The notes beneath the pieces are model-generated. The model was not told where the DNA came from, did not search any database, and saw nothing but the letters and a program-made list of their open reading frames with translations. From Candidatus Zhuqueibacterota bacterium (GTDB lineage: Bacteria > Electryoneota > RPQS01): DNA of 64,000 nt. Where the stretch lies: the NCBI GenBank assembly GCA_016214895.1, contig JACRMR010000013.1:2971-66970 (forward strand), in the 5' to 3' direction. Each line of letters begins with the position of its first letter. Position 1 is the first letter of the stretch. A program made the position numbers and the translations under genes. This document shows, piece after piece, positions 17,686-27,835 of the stretch.

Positions 17686-17965
17686 ACGCTCCGTCCTCCG
17701 CAAGCCATTGCTGACCGAAAAGATCGCCGGTCTGCAGGACACTCGCAACCAGTACGCGTTTGAAGTCGATCCGATGGCCAATAAGGTCGAGATTCGGCGG
17801 GCCGTCGAACTGAAGTACGGGGTTAAGGTCACCGAAGTGAATACGATGGTCGTGCGCGGCAAAGTCAAGCGGCTGGGACGGTTTACCGGCAAGCGCGCCG
17901 ACTGGAAGAAGGCGATCATCACCCTCAAGGCCGGCGAGCGCATTGAACTCGCGCAGAATGTGTAA
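17675..17965 (+). CDS. rplW: 50S ribosomal protein uL23
   Basis: PLLTEK, ANKVEIRRAVE, WKKAIITL. Confidence 0.97.
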   Translation: MLHKRSVLRKPLLTEKIAGLQDTRNQYAFEVDPMANKVEIRRAVELKYGVKVTEVNTMVVRGKVKRLGRFTGKRADWKKAIITLKAGERIELAQNV

Positions 17966-18001
17966 GTAAGTTCGCGATCCAAGAGCCGAACGACCCCGAC
18001 T

Positions 18002-18844
18002 ATGCCTGTAAAGAAATTCAAACCTCTGACACCCGTACAGCGCTTCCGCACCGTGCTAGTGCGTACCGAGATCTCGAAAGAGGGTCCGGAACGCCGCCTG
18101 CTGGGCGCGCTGCCCAAGTCGGGAGGTCGCAACAACCGCGGACGCGCCACCAACATCAATACCGGCGGCGGCCATAAGCGGAGCTACCGGACCATCGACT
18201 TCCGCCGCGACAAGCTGGACATCCCCGCGACGGTCGCCCGGCTGGAATACGATCCGAACCGCACGGCGAATATCGCGCTGCTATTCTACGCTGACGGGGA
18301 AAAGCGGTACATTATCGCCCCCGTCGGACTAAAGGCCGGTGATCGCGTGGTCTCATCGCGAACGGGCAATGACGTGCGGCTGGGGAATGCGTTGCCGCTC
18401 GAGAAGATTCCGATGGGTTCATTCGTCCACAATATCGAAATGAAAGTCGGCAAAGGCGGTCAGATCGCCCGCTCCGCCGGCGCCGGCGCGCAATTGACCG
18501 CGATCGACGGCAAGTACGCCCTGTTGAAAATGCCGTCAGGCGAAATGCGGAAGATCCCGGCGGCCTGTTTGGCTACGGTCGGTCAGGTCGGCAATCTCGA
18601 TCACGAAAAGGTCACGTCGGGCAAGGCCGGGCGCACTCGCTGGCTGGGTCGCAGACCGCATACCCGCGCGGTGGCCAAGAATCCAATCGATCATCCGATG
18701 GGCGGCGGCGAAGGCCGCTCGTCCGGCGGCCGTCACCCCTGTACGCCGTGGGGAAAGCCGACCAAGGGCTATAAGACGCGCAATCCGCGCAAGAAATCCA
18801 GCGAACTGATTGTTCGCCGCCGTAACGTGCAGACGCGAGGGTAA
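18002..18844 (+). CDS. rplB: 50S ribosomal protein uL2
   Basis: [32 protein letters not shown]. Confidence 0.98.
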   Translation: MPVKKFKPLTPVQRFRTVLVRTEISKEGPERRLLGALPKSGGRNNRGRATNINTGGGHKRSYRTIDFRRDKLDIPATVARLEYDPNRTANIALLFYADGEKRYIIAPVGLKAGDRVVSSRTGNDVRLGNALPLEKIPMGSFVHNIEMKVGKGGQIARSAGAGAQLTAIDGKYALLKMPSGEMRKIPAACLATVGQVGNLDHEKVTSGKAGRTRWLGRRPHTRAVAKNPIDHPMGGGEGRSSGGRHPCTPWGKPTKGYKTRNPRKKSSELIVRRRNVQTRG

Positions 18845-18847
18845 GCC

Positions 18848-19135
18848 GTGGCTCGTTCGCTTAAAAAAGGTCCGTACATTGAAACGCGGCTCGAGTCGCG
18901 CATTCAGGAAATGAACTCGAGGAACGAGAAGAAAGTGCTGAAGACCTGGTCGCGGCGCTCGATGATTTCTCCGGATTTCGTCGGTCATACGCTGGCCGTG
19001 CACAACGGCAAGAAGTTTCTTCCGATCTACATCACCGAAAACATGGTCGGTCACAAGCTCGGCGAGTTTGCGCCGACGCGGACCTTCAAAGGCCACACGG
19101 CCAAGAAGGCCGAAAAGACCGTCGCGAAGAAGTAA
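18848..19135 (+). CDS. rpsS: 30S ribosomal protein uS19
   Basis: [29 protein letters not shown]. Confidence 0.98.
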   Translation: MARSLKKGPYIETRLESRIQEMNSRNEKKVLKTWSRRSMISPDFVGHTLAVHNGKKFLPIYITENMVGHKLGEFAPTRTFKGHTAKKAEKTVAKK

Positions 19136-19138
19136 ATC

Positions 19139-19642
19139 ATGGAATCGCGCTGCGTAACCCGATACGTCCGTGTCACCCCGCGCAAGATGCGGCTCGTCGC
19201 CGATCTTGTCCGCGGTAAGAATGTGCACGAGGCCGTCAATTTACTCAAGTTCACCACCCGCTCCGCCGCCCAGCCGACGCTGAAGGCGATTCAGTCCGCT
19301 GTGGCCAATCTGGTCAACTCGGACGAAGGCCGGGACGTGAATCCGGAACAGCTGTTCGTCAAGACGATCTTCGTGGACGAGGGGCCGACCATGAAGCGGT
19401 TCATGCCGCGGGCCATGGGTCGTGCCGCCCCGATCATGAAACGCAGCAGCCATTTGACCGTGTTCGTGGCGACACCGGAAGCGGCGCATGACATCGAGGC
19501 GGCCGCGGTTGCCGAAGCACAGCCGAAGGCGGCGCCCAAGCCAAGCGTCAAAGCGGCGCCGAAGCCGGTCGTCAAGGCCACGACCGAAAAGAAATCCGCC
19601 GCCAAACCGGCGGTCAAGAAGAGTCCAGCGAAGAAGTCATAA
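19139..19642 (+). CDS. rplV: 50S ribosomal protein uL22 with Ala/Lys/Pro-rich C-terminal extension
   Basis: [36 protein letters not shown]. Confidence 0.97.
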   Translation: MESRCVTRYVRVTPRKMRLVADLVRGKNVHEAVNLLKFTTRSAAQPTLKAIQSAVANLVNSDEGRDVNPEQLFVKTIFVDEGPTMKRFMPRAMGRAAPIMKRSSHLTVFVATPEAAHDIEAAAVAEAQPKAAPKPSVKAAPKPVVKATTEKKSAAKPAVKKSPAKKS

Positions 19643-19653
19643 GAGAATCCACT

Positions 19654-20448
19654 GTGGGTCAAAAAGTTCAACCTGTCGGCATGCGCTTGGGTGGTATCCG
19701 CACCTGGAACAGCGCGTGGTTTGACGAACGAAGTTTCGCGGATAAGCTGCACGAAGATCTCTATCTGAGAAAATACCTGACGCAGCGCCTGAAGCAGGCC
19801 AGCGTGGCGGGGATCCAGATCGAGCGCACGCCGAAGCAGCTGACGCTGACCATCCGCACGTCGCGGCCCGGAATCGTGATCGGGCGCAAAGGCGCGGAAG
19901 TGGACAAACTCAAGGCGGAGCTGAAGAAGCTCACCAGCCGGGACGTTCAGGTCAATATTTACGAAATCAAGCGGCCCGAACTTGAGGCGAAGCTGGTGGC
20001 CGATATGATCGCCAGTCAGCTCGAAGGCCGGGTGTCATTTCGCCGCGCGATGAAGAAAGCGATCCAGACCACGATGCGGATGGGCGCGGAAGGCATCAAG
20101 GTCATGTGCTCGGGCTGTCTGGGCGGCGCCGAAATGTCGCGAGTCGAAGGCTATCGTGAAGGGCGAGTGCCGCTGCACACACTGCGCGCGGATATCGACT
20201 ACGCACTTTCCGTCGCGAAGACCGCGTACGGCACGATTGGCGTCAAAGTGTGGATCTGCCGCGGCGAAGTCATCGGTAAGGACGCGCTCGCGCAAGGGCA
20301 GATTCGCGGCAGCCGCGAACGCGAAGCTCATGGTGAACGAAGCGATCGTCCGGATCACCGCGATCACCGGGACCGTCCGGATCGACGTCCGGACCATCGC
20401 CCGGACCAGCGTGGAGATCGTGGTCCCAATCCCGGCGGTCGGAGATAA
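19654..20448 (+). CDS. rpsC: 30S ribosomal protein uS3
   Basis: [44 protein letters not shown]. Confidence 0.98.
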   Translation: MGQKVQPVGMRLGGIRTWNSAWFDERSFADKLHEDLYLRKYLTQRLKQASVAGIQIERTPKQLTLTIRTSRPGIVIGRKGAEVDKLKAELKKLTSRDVQVNIYEIKRPELEAKLVADMIASQLEGRVSFRRAMKKAIQTTMRMGAEGIKVMCSGCLGGAEMSRVEGYREGRVPLHTLRADIDYALSVAKTAYGTIGVKVWICRGEVIGKDALAQGQIRGSREREAHGERSDRPDHRDHRDRPDRRPDHRPDQRGDRGPNPGGRR

Positions 20449-20454
20449 CGAGCT

Positions 20455-20874
20455 ATGTTGACACCGAAACGAATGAAGTTCCGCAAGCAGCAGCGCCGCC
20501 GGCGAATGGGATTCGACTATGCGGGCAGCACCGTTGCTTTCGGCGAATTTGGATTGAAGGCGATGGCCGCGTGCTGGATGACGTCGCGGCAGATCGAGGC
20601 CGCCCGTGTCGCCCTGACGCGCCATATCAAGCGCGGCGGCAAAGTCTGGATCCGCATCTTCCCCGATAAGCCGTGCAGCAAGAAGCCGCTGGAGACGCGG
20701 CAGGGCAAGGGCAAGGGTCCCGTGGAATTCTATGCGGCCGTGATTCGCCCCGGCCGCGTGTTGTTTGAAATCGAAGGCGTGGATGTCGCCACGGCTCGCG
20801 AAGCGATGCGCCTGGCGGCGCAGAAGCTGCCGATCAAGACGAAGTTCGTCGAGCGCGAAATCAGCCACACTTAA
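20455..20874 (+). CDS. rplP: 50S ribosomal protein uL16
   Basis: [27 protein letters not shown]. Confidence 0.97.
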   Translation: MLTPKRMKFRKQQRRRRMGFDYAGSTVAFGEFGLKAMAACWMTSRQIEAARVALTRHIKRGGKVWIRIFPDKPCSKKPLETRQGKGKGPVEFYAAVIRPGRVLFEIEGVDVATAREAMRLAAQKLPIKTKFVEREISHT

Positions 20875-20921
20875 CCCGTCGACCTGTTATCTATCTCATG
20901 GCAAAAGGTTCCGCACGTCCG

Positions 20922-21140
20922 ATGAAGATGACCGAACTGAAAGAACTCAGCAAGGTCGAACTCGGCAACCGCCTGCACGAATCGGCGGACAATCTCGAAG
21001 CGTTGCGCTTCCAGTTGGACTCCGGTCAACTGCCCAACACCGCACGGGTGCGTCAGATCCGTCGCGACATCGCCCGCCTGAAGACCGTCTCCCACGAAAT
21101 CGAACTGGGTCTGCGGAAGCCGAAAGGAGCCAAGGCGTGA
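20922..21140 (+). CDS. rpmC: 50S ribosomal protein uL29
   Basis: [25 protein letters not shown]; the start could instead be ATG 20898. Confidence 0.93.
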   Translation: MKMTELKELSKVELGNRLHESADNLEALRFQLDSGQLPNTARVRQIRRDIARLKTVSHEIELGLRKPKGAKA

Positions 21141-21424
21141 GCGCCACGTTAACTGCCGCGGCATCCGAGGAACGGCGCGGACTGCGCAAAACGCGCGTCG
21201 GGCTGGTCGTTTCCAATAAGATGGACAAGACGATCGTCGTGGCCGTGGAACGCCGCGTGAAGGATCCCCTCTACCAGAAGTACGTGAAGCGTACGCGCAA
21301 GTTCATGGCGCATGACGAGCAGAACGAGTGTCAGATCGGCGACCGCGTCCGGATCATGGAAACCCGACCGATGTCCAAGCATAAGAACTGGCGTCTGGTG
21401 CAAATCGTCGAGAAGAGAAAGTAA
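21137..21424 (+). CDS. rpsQ: 30S ribosomal protein uS17
   Basis: [31 protein letters not shown] start overlaps the rpmC stop (GTGA). Confidence 0.96.
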   Translation: MSATLTAAASEERRGLRKTRVGLVVSNKMDKTIVVAVERRVKDPLYQKYVKRTRKFMAHDEQNECQIGDRVRIMETRPMSKHKNWRLVQIVEKRK

Positions 21425-21430
21425 GCGGCC

Positions 21431-21799
21431 ATGATTCAGGAATTTACGATTCTCAATGTCGCCGACAATACCGGCGCCAAGAAAGTCCGCTGCTTCCGGG
21501 TCTATGGCGGCACGTTGCGCCGCACGGCATCGGTGGGCGATATTATTATGGTCTCGGTGCGAACGGCCATTCCGAGCGGCACGGTCAAGAAAGGCGAGAA
21601 GTCGCGCGCGGTGATCGTGCGCACCAAGAAGGAAGTCCGGCGCAAAGACGGTTCCTACATTCGATTCGATGAAAACGCCGTGGTCTTGATCGACAAGGAT
21701 AATGAACCGCGCGGCACCCGTATCTTCGGCCCCGTGGCCCGCGAGTTACGCGAGAAGCAGTTCATGAAAATCGTGTCGCTGGCACCGGAAGTCGTCTAA
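21431..21799 (+). CDS. rplN: 50S ribosomal protein uL14
   Basis: [36 protein letters not shown]. Confidence 0.98.
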   Translation: MIQEFTILNVADNTGAKKVRCFRVYGGTLRRTASVGDIIMVSVRTAIPSGTVKKGEKSRAVIVRTKKEVRRKDGSYIRFDENAVVLIDKDNEPRGTRIFGPVARELREKQFMKIVSLAPEVV

Positions 21800-21817
21800 C
21801 GACGGCGGAGAGAGATA

Positions 21818-22159
21818 ATGTCCACCCATCTGAAAATCAAAAAGGACGACCTCGTGCTCGTGGTCGCGGGAAACGACCGCGGCAAGCGAGGCAAAGTGCT
21901 GAAGGTGTTCCCGGACAAGCTGCGCGTCATTGTCGAGGGCGTCAACTTCGTCAAGAAACATCAACGGCCCACACAGCAGAATCCGCAAGGCGGCATTCTG
22001 ACACGCGAGGGTTCGATTCATATTTCCAATATCATGTTGATCGATCCGAAGTCGGGCAAACCGACGCGCATCGGTCGCAAAGTCGTCGGCACGGGCGAAC
22101 AGCGTCAGCGAGTTCGCTATGCCAAAGCTTCCAACGAGATGATCCGCGATGAGCGCTGA
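21818..22159 (+). CDS. rplX: 50S ribosomal protein uL24
   Basis: KOW motif [30 protein letters not shown]. Confidence 0.97.
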   Translation: MSTHLKIKKDDLVLVVAGNDRGKRGKVLKVFPDKLRVIVEGVNFVKKHQRPTQQNPQGGILTREGSIHISNIMLIDPKSGKPTRIGRKVVGTGEQRQRVRYAKASNEMIRDER

Positions 22160-22859
22160 AAAGGCCAAAGACGCGAAGCCGCAGAAGCCGGCGAAGGCGG
22201 CCCCGCCGCAGGCCGGGGCCAAGAAGGCCACCAAAGAAGACAAGAAGGCCGGATTCGTTGTTGGCGAGCGGCCCAAACTGCCCGCGGGCTACGTGCCGCG
22301 CTTCCAGCAGCACTATGCCGACAAGGTGGTGCCGGCGCTGGTCAAGCGCTTCAGCTACGACAACGCCATGCGAATTCCGCGACTCTCGAAGGTCGTGATC
22401 AACATGGGGTTGGGCGACGCCGCGGCCAACCCGCGCTTGATCGACAGCGTCGTGCGCGAGATCGCCGCCATTTCGGGACAGCGTCCGGCCGTGGCGAAGG
22501 CGCGCAAGTCGATCTCGAATTTCAAACTCCGCGAAGGCATGCCGATCGGAGTCTATGTTACCCTGCGCCGGGCCACGATGTGGGAGTTCGTTGACCGCCT
22601 GATCACGATGGCTACGCCGCGGATCCGGGATTTCCGCGGGCTGCCGGATAAGGGCTTCGACGGGCGCGGCAATTATACCGTCGGCCTCAAGGAGCATATC
22701 ATCTTTCCCGAGATCGATATCGACGCCGTCGATAAGATCCGGGGCATGGATATCACCTTCGTGACGACCGCGAAGACCGATCAGGAAGCCTACGAATTGT
22801 TGCGCGAACTGGGCCTACCGATGCGCAAGCGCGAAGTGAAAGCCGCCAGCGCGGCCTAA
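22149..22859 (+). CDS. rplE: 50S ribosomal protein uL5 with Lys/Ala-rich N-terminal extension
   Basis: [44 protein letters not shown]. Confidence 0.97.
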   Translation: MSAEKAKDAKPQKPAKAAPPQAGAKKATKEDKKAGFVVGERPKLPAGYVPRFQQHYADKVVPALVKRFSYDNAMRIPRLSKVVINMGLGDAAANPRLIDSVVREIAAISGQRPAVAKARKSISNFKLREGMPIGVYVTLRRATMWEFVDRLITMATPRIRDFRGLPDKGFDGRGNYTVGLKEHIIFPEIDIDAVDKIRGMDITFVTTAKTDQEAYELLRELGLPMRKREVKAASAA

Positions 22860-22892
22860 TCTGCAAACCATTCACAGAGTCGATAGACGAAT

Positions 22893-23078
22893 ATGGCGAA
22901 GGCCTGCTTAATTGCCAAGTCGATCAAGGAACCGAAATTCAAGGTTCGCGCGCATCATCGTTGCCGCCGGTGCGGCCGGCCCCGCGCCTTCCTGCGCAAG
23001 TTCGCGCTCTGCCGAATTTGTTTTCGTGAACTGGCCCTGATGGGCGAGATTCCCGGTATCGTCAAGGCGTCCTGGTAA
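22893..23078 (+). CDS. rpsN: 30S ribosomal protein uS14, short Zn-binding (type Z) form
   Basis: 61 aa, RCRRCGRPR...LCRICFRE, ends KASW. Confidence 0.97.
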   Translation: MAKACLIAKSIKEPKFKVRAHHRCRRCGRPRAFLRKFALCRICFRELALMGEIPGIVKASW

Positions 23079-23112
23079 CCCCCCAGAATTTCCATCCCCG
23101 TAGCGAAGCGAT

Positions 23113-23511
23113 ATGCCTACTACCGATCCGATTGCTGATTTCCTGAATCGTGTGCGCAACGGTATGCGCGTGCGTAAGCCCTATGTCGATGTGCCCTACT
23201 CGCGCATGAAGGCCGAACTGGCCCGCGTGCTGTTCGAGGCGAGCTACATCTATGATCACGTGTATGTCGATGAAGGTCCGCAGGGATTCCTGCGGCTTTA
23301 TCTCAAGTACACCGCACGCGGCGATTCGGCCATTCAAGGCCTGCGCCGGATTTCCAAGTGCGGGTTGCGCCGCTATGTGGATCACACGAAGATTCCGCGC
23401 GTGCTGAACGGCTTGGGGATGTCGATCGTCACGACCAGCCGGGGCGTGATGACCGGCGGACAGGCGAAGAAGTTGGGTCTGGGCGGCGAGCTGATCGCCG
23501 AAATCTGGTAA
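23113..23511 (+). CDS. rpsH: 30S ribosomal protein uS8
   Basis: TDPIADFL.R.RN, NGLG.SIVTTSRGVMT, GGELI. Confidence 0.97.
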   Translation: MPTTDPIADFLNRVRNGMRVRKPYVDVPYSRMKAELARVLFEASYIYDHVYVDEGPQGFLRLYLKYTARGDSAIQGLRRISKCGLRRYVDHTKIPRVLNGLGMSIVTTSRGVMTGGQAKKLGLGGELIAEIW

Positions 23512-23547
23512 GCATCGCGCCACGCGAGAACGCAGGAGATAGTTTCA

Positions 23548-24087
23548 GTGTCACGAATTGGCCGCGCCCCGATTTCCGTCCCCAAAGGCGTTCAGGTAAC
23601 GCTGCAGGACAACTTCATCTCCGTGAAGGGTCCGAACGGCACGTTGCAACGACGTCTGCATCCCGATATGGCCGTCGCGCAGGATGATGGCGTGATCACC
23701 GTCACGCGTCCGACCGACAACAAGAATCATCGCGCGCTGCACGGCTTGACGCGCGCGCTGATCAATAATATGGTCAAGGGCGTGACGGTAGGCTTCCGCA
23801 AAGAACTCGAAATCAACGGCGTCGGATTTCGCGCCGAAATCAAGAGCAAAGGTGTGCTGCTCAACGTCGGTTATACGCACGGCGTCTTCATCGTCACTCC
23901 GCCGGGAGTCAAGATCGAAGTGCCGAAGCCGACGTCGATCGTGGTGAGCGGAGCCGATGCCGAACTGGTCGGTCATGTGGCCGCGGAAATCCGCGATGTG
24001 CGCAAGCCGGAACCGTACAAGGGCAAGGGCATTCGCTACATCGACGAACAGGTGAAGCGCAAGGCCGGCAAGACCGCGAAGAAGTAA
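23548..24087 (+). CDS. rplF: 50S ribosomal protein uL6
   Basis: SRIGR.PI, HGLTRALINNMV.GV, PEPYKGKGIRY. Confidence 0.98.
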   Translation: MSRIGRAPISVPKGVQVTLQDNFISVKGPNGTLQRRLHPDMAVAQDDGVITVTRPTDNKNHRALHGLTRALINNMVKGVTVGFRKELEINGVGFRAEIKSKGVLLNVGYTHGVFIVTPPGVKIEVPKPTSIVVSGADAELVGHVAAEIRDVRKPEPYKGKGIRYIDEQVKRKAGKTAKK

Positions 24088-24210
24088 TCCCGGAGTCGCG
24101 CCCCACGCGCGAACTGCGACCCATCTGGCAACACCCTCCGTTGCCTGAACCTCGCGCCAAGCGCGCGGGACCTGAACAGCAGCCACCGTCGGAAATGGTG
24201 GCGAGGAGCA

Positions 24211-24591
24211 TTGAGAACCGTGTCGACTCTTACGCAGAAGAAAGCCAAATCCCGCGCCCGTCGCAAGAAGCACATTCGCAAGATCGTGCAGGGGACGCCC
24301 GAGCGTCCGCGGCTGGTCGTGTTTCGTTCGCTTAATCATGTGTACGCCCAACTGGTCGATGACCGCTCGGGCAAGACGTTAATGGGAGTCTCGTCGCTGA
24401 CTCCCGGCGTGCGTGAACAGACCAAGGGCAAGAAGCCGAACGAAGTCAGCCTGCTCGTCGGCGAGGCCTGCGCGAAGAAGGCGCTGGAGCAGAGCATTTC
24501 CAAGGTCGTGTTCGACCGCAACGGGTTTCCGTATCATGGCCGTGTGAGCGCAGTGGCCGACGGAGCGCGCAAGGGCGGCCTGCAATTCTAA
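24211..24591 (+). CDS. rplR: 50S ribosomal protein uL18
   Basis: GT.ERPRLVVFRS..H.YAQ, VVFDRNG.PYHGRV; start is TTG 24211 or GTG 24220. Confidence 0.96.
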   Translation: MRTVSTLTQKKAKSRARRKKHIRKIVQGTPERPRLVVFRSLNHVYAQLVDDRSGKTLMGVSSLTPGVREQTKGKKPNEVSLLVGEACAKKALEQSISKVVFDRNGFPYHGRVSAVADGARKGGLQF

Positions 24592-24594
24592 CCG

Positions 24595-25155
24595 ATGACC
24601 ATTCCACGAATGACGGATCAGCCTGAACGCAGCGGCCGCGGCCGCGATCGAGACAACGACGGAGAATACTCCGGCGAATCGCTCATCGAGAAGACCGTGT
24701 GCCTCAACCGCGTCGCCAAGGTGGTGAAGGGTGGACGCAATTTCTCGTTCAATGCAGTCGTAATCGTCGGCGACGGCAAGGGCCGTGCCGGTTACGGACT
24801 GGGCAAGGCCAACGAAGTTGTTGATGCGATTTCCAAAGCGACGCTCGCGGCCAAGCGCTCGCTCAAGCGCTACCCGATTCTCGGCGCGACGCTGCCGCAT
24901 ACCACCTCCGGCAAGTTCGGCGCGGGCCGGATTCTGCTACGCCCCGCCTCGGCCGGCACCGGCGTGATCGCCGGCGGCTCCGTGCGCATGGCCATGGAGT
25001 GCGTGGGCGTGCGGGACGTCCTGACCAAAGTCATGGGTACCAACAACCCGCATAACGTCGTTAAGGCCGTGTTCGCCGCGCTCGACAAGTTGCATGATGT
25101 CCGCATGATCGCCGAACGCCGCGGGATCACCGTGCGCGAAGTGTTCAACGCCTAA
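24595..25155 (+). CDS. rpsE: 30S ribosomal protein uS5
   Basis: [30 protein letters not shown]. Confidence 0.97.
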   Translation: MTIPRMTDQPERSGRGRDRDNDGEYSGESLIEKTVCLNRVAKVVKGGRNFSFNAVVIVGDGKGRAGYGLGKANEVVDAISKATLAAKRSLKRYPILGATLPHTTSGKFGAGRILLRPASAGTGVIAGGSVRMAMECVGVRDVLTKVMGTNNPHNVVKAVFAALDKLHDVRMIAERRGITVREVFNA

Positions 25156-25191
25156 TTTCAAGCATTTCATTTCCCGACGATATCTCAGACC

Positions 25192-25389
25192 ATGGATAAG
25201 AAGCTCAAAGTTACCTGGATTCGCAGCACGATCCGGCGACCCAAGAAGCACAAGCTGACGATCACGGCGATGGGTTTCCACCGCCTGAACGAAACGCTCT
25301 TGTTTCCCGACAATCCGGCCATGCGCGGAATGATCGATCAGGTGCGTCATCTCGTGACGTGGGAAGTCGTCGATGGAGGCCAGGCATGA
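25192..25389 (+). CDS. rpmD: 50S ribosomal protein uL30
   Basis: LKVT.IRS.I, RGMI..V.HLV; between rpsE and rplO. Confidence 0.93.
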   Translation: MDKKLKVTWIRSTIRRPKKHKLTITAMGFHRLNETLLFPDNPAMRGMIDQVRHLVTWEVVDGGQA

Positions 25390-25823
25390 GCTTAAGCAAT
25401 CTCAAGCCCGCAGCGGGTTCGACGCACAAGAAAAAGCGGATCGGTCGTGGCCCAAGCTCGGGGAGCGGCGGCAGCGCCGGACGCGGTGAAAAAGGTTACC
25501 TGGCGCGCGCGGGTTCCGTCCGCAAGAAAGGCTTCGAGGGCGGTCAGATGCCGATCTATCGCCGCCTGCCCAAGTTCGGCTTCAAGAACTTGTGGGCTGA
25601 TCCGGTGCAGATCGTTAATATTCGTGATCTCGACAAGCTGACCGGAACGACCGTCGATGCCGCTTCGCTCAAGCAAGCCGGACTGATCCGCTACGTGGAG
25701 CAGGCCGTGAAGATCCTCGGCAATGGCGACGCCAAACGGCCGTACGAAGTCAAGGGCTGTAAACTTTCCGCCTCAGCGGCTGCCAAGATTACCGGAGCCG
25801 GCGGCAGGGTGGACACTGACTGA
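25386..25823 (+). CDS. rplO: 50S ribosomal protein uL15
   Basis: [32 protein letters not shown] overlaps the rpmD stop. Confidence 0.97.
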   Translation: MSLSNLKPAAGSTHKKKRIGRGPSSGSGGSAGRGEKGYLARAGSVRKKGFEGGQMPIYRRLPKFGFKNLWADPVQIVNIRDLDKLTGTTVDAASLKQAGLIRYVEQAVKILGNGDAKRPYEVKGCKLSASAAAKITGAGGRVDTD

Positions 25824-27151
25824 TGCTTGACCGGTTTCAAAACGTTTTCAAAATCCCCGAACTGCGGGATCGGATTCTATTCACTTTATTGATTCTGTTG
25901 GTCTTCCGAATTGGCGGGCACGTGCCCGTCGCCGGAATCGACGCTTCGGCCCTGGCCGAATTCTTTCAACAAAATCAAAACACGTTGTTCGGCCTGTACG
26001 ACATGTTTGTCGGTGGAGCGTTTCAGCGCGCCACCATTTTTGCTCTCGGTATCATGCCGTACATCTCCGCCTCGATCATCTTCCAGCTGATGGGAACGGT
26101 TGTCCCGTATTTCCAGAAGTTGCAGAAGGAAGGCGAAGAGGGCCGCAAGAAGATCACCCAGCTGACCCGCTACGGTACCGTCATCATCGCGGCGCTGCAG
26201 GCCGGCGGTGTCTCGATCTTTCTGGAGCGGCTGATCGCGACCTCCGGCGCGCCGGTCGTCCCTGATCCGGGATTCGGCTTCCGCTTCCTGACGATGGTCA
26301 CGCTTGCGGCGGGCACAACGCTGATCATGTGGCTGGGTGAACAGATCACCGAGCGCGGAATCGGTAACGGAATTTCATTACTGATCTTCTTCGGTATCGT
26401 GGACCGTCTGCCGTATGCGATCATGGAAGAGGCGCAACAGGTGGCGATCGGAACACGGCATATCATGGTGGACGTGCTGTTCGTGGTGATGCTGTTCGCG
26501 ATCACGATGGCGGTCGTCGGGCTGACCCAGGGGATGCGCAAAATTCCGGTGCAGTATGCCAAGCGCACGGTTGGCCGCAAGACGTATGGTGGTCAATCCA
26601 CGCATATTCCGCTGCGCGTCAATTCCGCGGGCGTGATGCCGATCATCTTCGCACAGTCGATTCTCTTCATCCCGTCTTCGGTCGCCAGCTTTCTGCCCGA
26701 GGGCGGCTTCCAGCAGGCGATGATCAATGCCTTCAGCGGACAGGGTGCGGCTTACCTCATCATGGAGTTCCTGCTGATCGTCTTCTTCACGTATTTCTAT
26801 ACGGCGATCGTGCTGAACCCGGTCGATTTGGCCGATAACATGAAGAAGAACGGCGGCTTCATTCCGGGTATTCGTCCGGGAAAGCAGACGTCGGAGTTCA
26901 TCGATTCGATCCTGTCGCGGGTGACGTTGCCGGGTGCGTTGGCGCTGGGTGCCATCGCGGTGGTTCCGTCGATCATCGTTAATCAGTTCAACGTCACGTA
27001 TAATTTCGCTTCGTTCTTCGGCGGAACTACGATCCTGATTATCGTCGGTGTGCTGTTGGATACGCTCCAGCAGGTGGAATCTCACCTCGTGATGCGGCAC
27101 TATGACGGCCTGATGAAGTCCGGCCGCATTCGCGGTCGTCGCCGGATGTAA
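25823..27151 (+). CDS. secY: Preprotein translocase subunit SecY
   Basis: IFALGIMPYISASII, WLGEQIT..GIGNGISL, AGVMPIIFA, FIPGIRPG, FGGTTILIIVGV. Confidence 0.98.
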   Translation: MLDRFQNVFKIPELRDRILFTLLILLVFRIGGHVPVAGIDASALAEFFQQNQNTLFGLYDMFVGGAFQRATIFALGIMPYISASIIFQLMGTVVPYFQKLQKEGEEGRKKITQLTRYGTVIIAALQAGGVSIFLERLIATSGAPVVPDPGFGFRFLTMVTLAAGTTLIMWLGEQITERGIGNGISLLIFFGIVDRLPYAIMEEAQQVAIGTRHIMVDVLFVVMLFAITMAVVGLTQGMRKIPVQYAKRTVGRKTYGGQSTHIPLRVNSAGVMPIIFAQSILFIPSSVASFLPEGGFQQAMINAFSGQGAAYLIMEFLLIVFFTYFYTAIVLNPVDLADNMKKNGGFIPGIRPGKQTSEFIDSILSRVTLPGALALGAIAVVPSIIVNQFNVTYNFASFFGGTTILIIVGVLLDTLQQVESHLVMRHYDGLMKSGRIRGRRRM

Positions 27152-27169
27152 AGCCGCTGTAACGTCGCC

Positions 27170-27835
27170 ATGGCCCGATATACCGTCATCATGCTGGGCG
27201 CCGTCGGAGTGGGGAAGGGGACCCAGGCGCAACGGCTGGTTAACTACCTGCGGGTGCCGCAAATATCGACTGGGGATATCCTGCGGGCCGAAGTGCAAGC
27301 GGGAAGCGAGTTAGGGGTCAAGGCGAAGGAAATCATGAATCGCGGGGAGCTGGTTCCGGACGATCTGATCATTGATATCGTACGGAAGCGCTTGCAGCAG
27401 GATGACGCCGTTCGCGGCGCGATCTTCGACGGATTTCCCCGGACCATTCCGCAAGCGCAAGCGTTGGATAAGCTGCTGGTGGAGGTCGGCCTGCCGACGC
27501 CGCGGACCGTTTCCATCGACGTGCCGCGAGACGCGATTATCGAACGATTGAGTTCGCGTCGGGTCTGTACGACGTGCGGCGCGACGTTCAGCATCCATAC
27601 GACACCGGACGTCGAGACGAACCACAAGTGCCCCAAGGGCGAGGCGAATGTGATTCAGCGCGACGACGACCAGCCGGCCACCATCGCGCAACGGTTGAGA
27701 GTGTACGAAGAGAAGACGGCGCCGCTGATCGATTACTACCAGAAGTCGAATCAACTGCGGATCGTCGATGGCGTCGGGAGCGAAGACCAGGTGTTTGCGC
27801 GCGTCCTCATCGCGCTGGATCCCGATCTCGCATGA
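27170..27835 (+). CDS. adk: Adenylate kinase
   Basis: G..G.GKGTQA, ISTGDILR, GELVPD, DGFPRT, QRDDD. Confidence 0.96.
   Translation: MARYTVIMLGAVGVGKGTQAQRLVNYLRVPQISTGDILRAEVQAGSELGVKAKEIMNRGELVPDDLIIDIVRKRLQQDDAVRGAIFDGFPRTIPQAQALDKLLVEVGLPTPRTVSIDVPRDAIIERLSSRRVCTTCGATFSIHTTPDVETNHKCPKGEANVIQRDDDQPATIAQRLRVYEEKTAPLIDYYQKSNQLRIVDGVGSEDQVFARVLIALDPDLA

Noticed and set aside
20765..21136. 219-aa uS17 in the ORF track
   Set aside because: The upstream part overlaps rplP and rpmC; the real start is GTG 21137.
27574..27831. Apparent 86-aa N-terminal extension of Map in the ORF track
   Set aside because: It overlaps adk in another frame; ATG 27832, coupled to the adk stop, gives the normal Map start.
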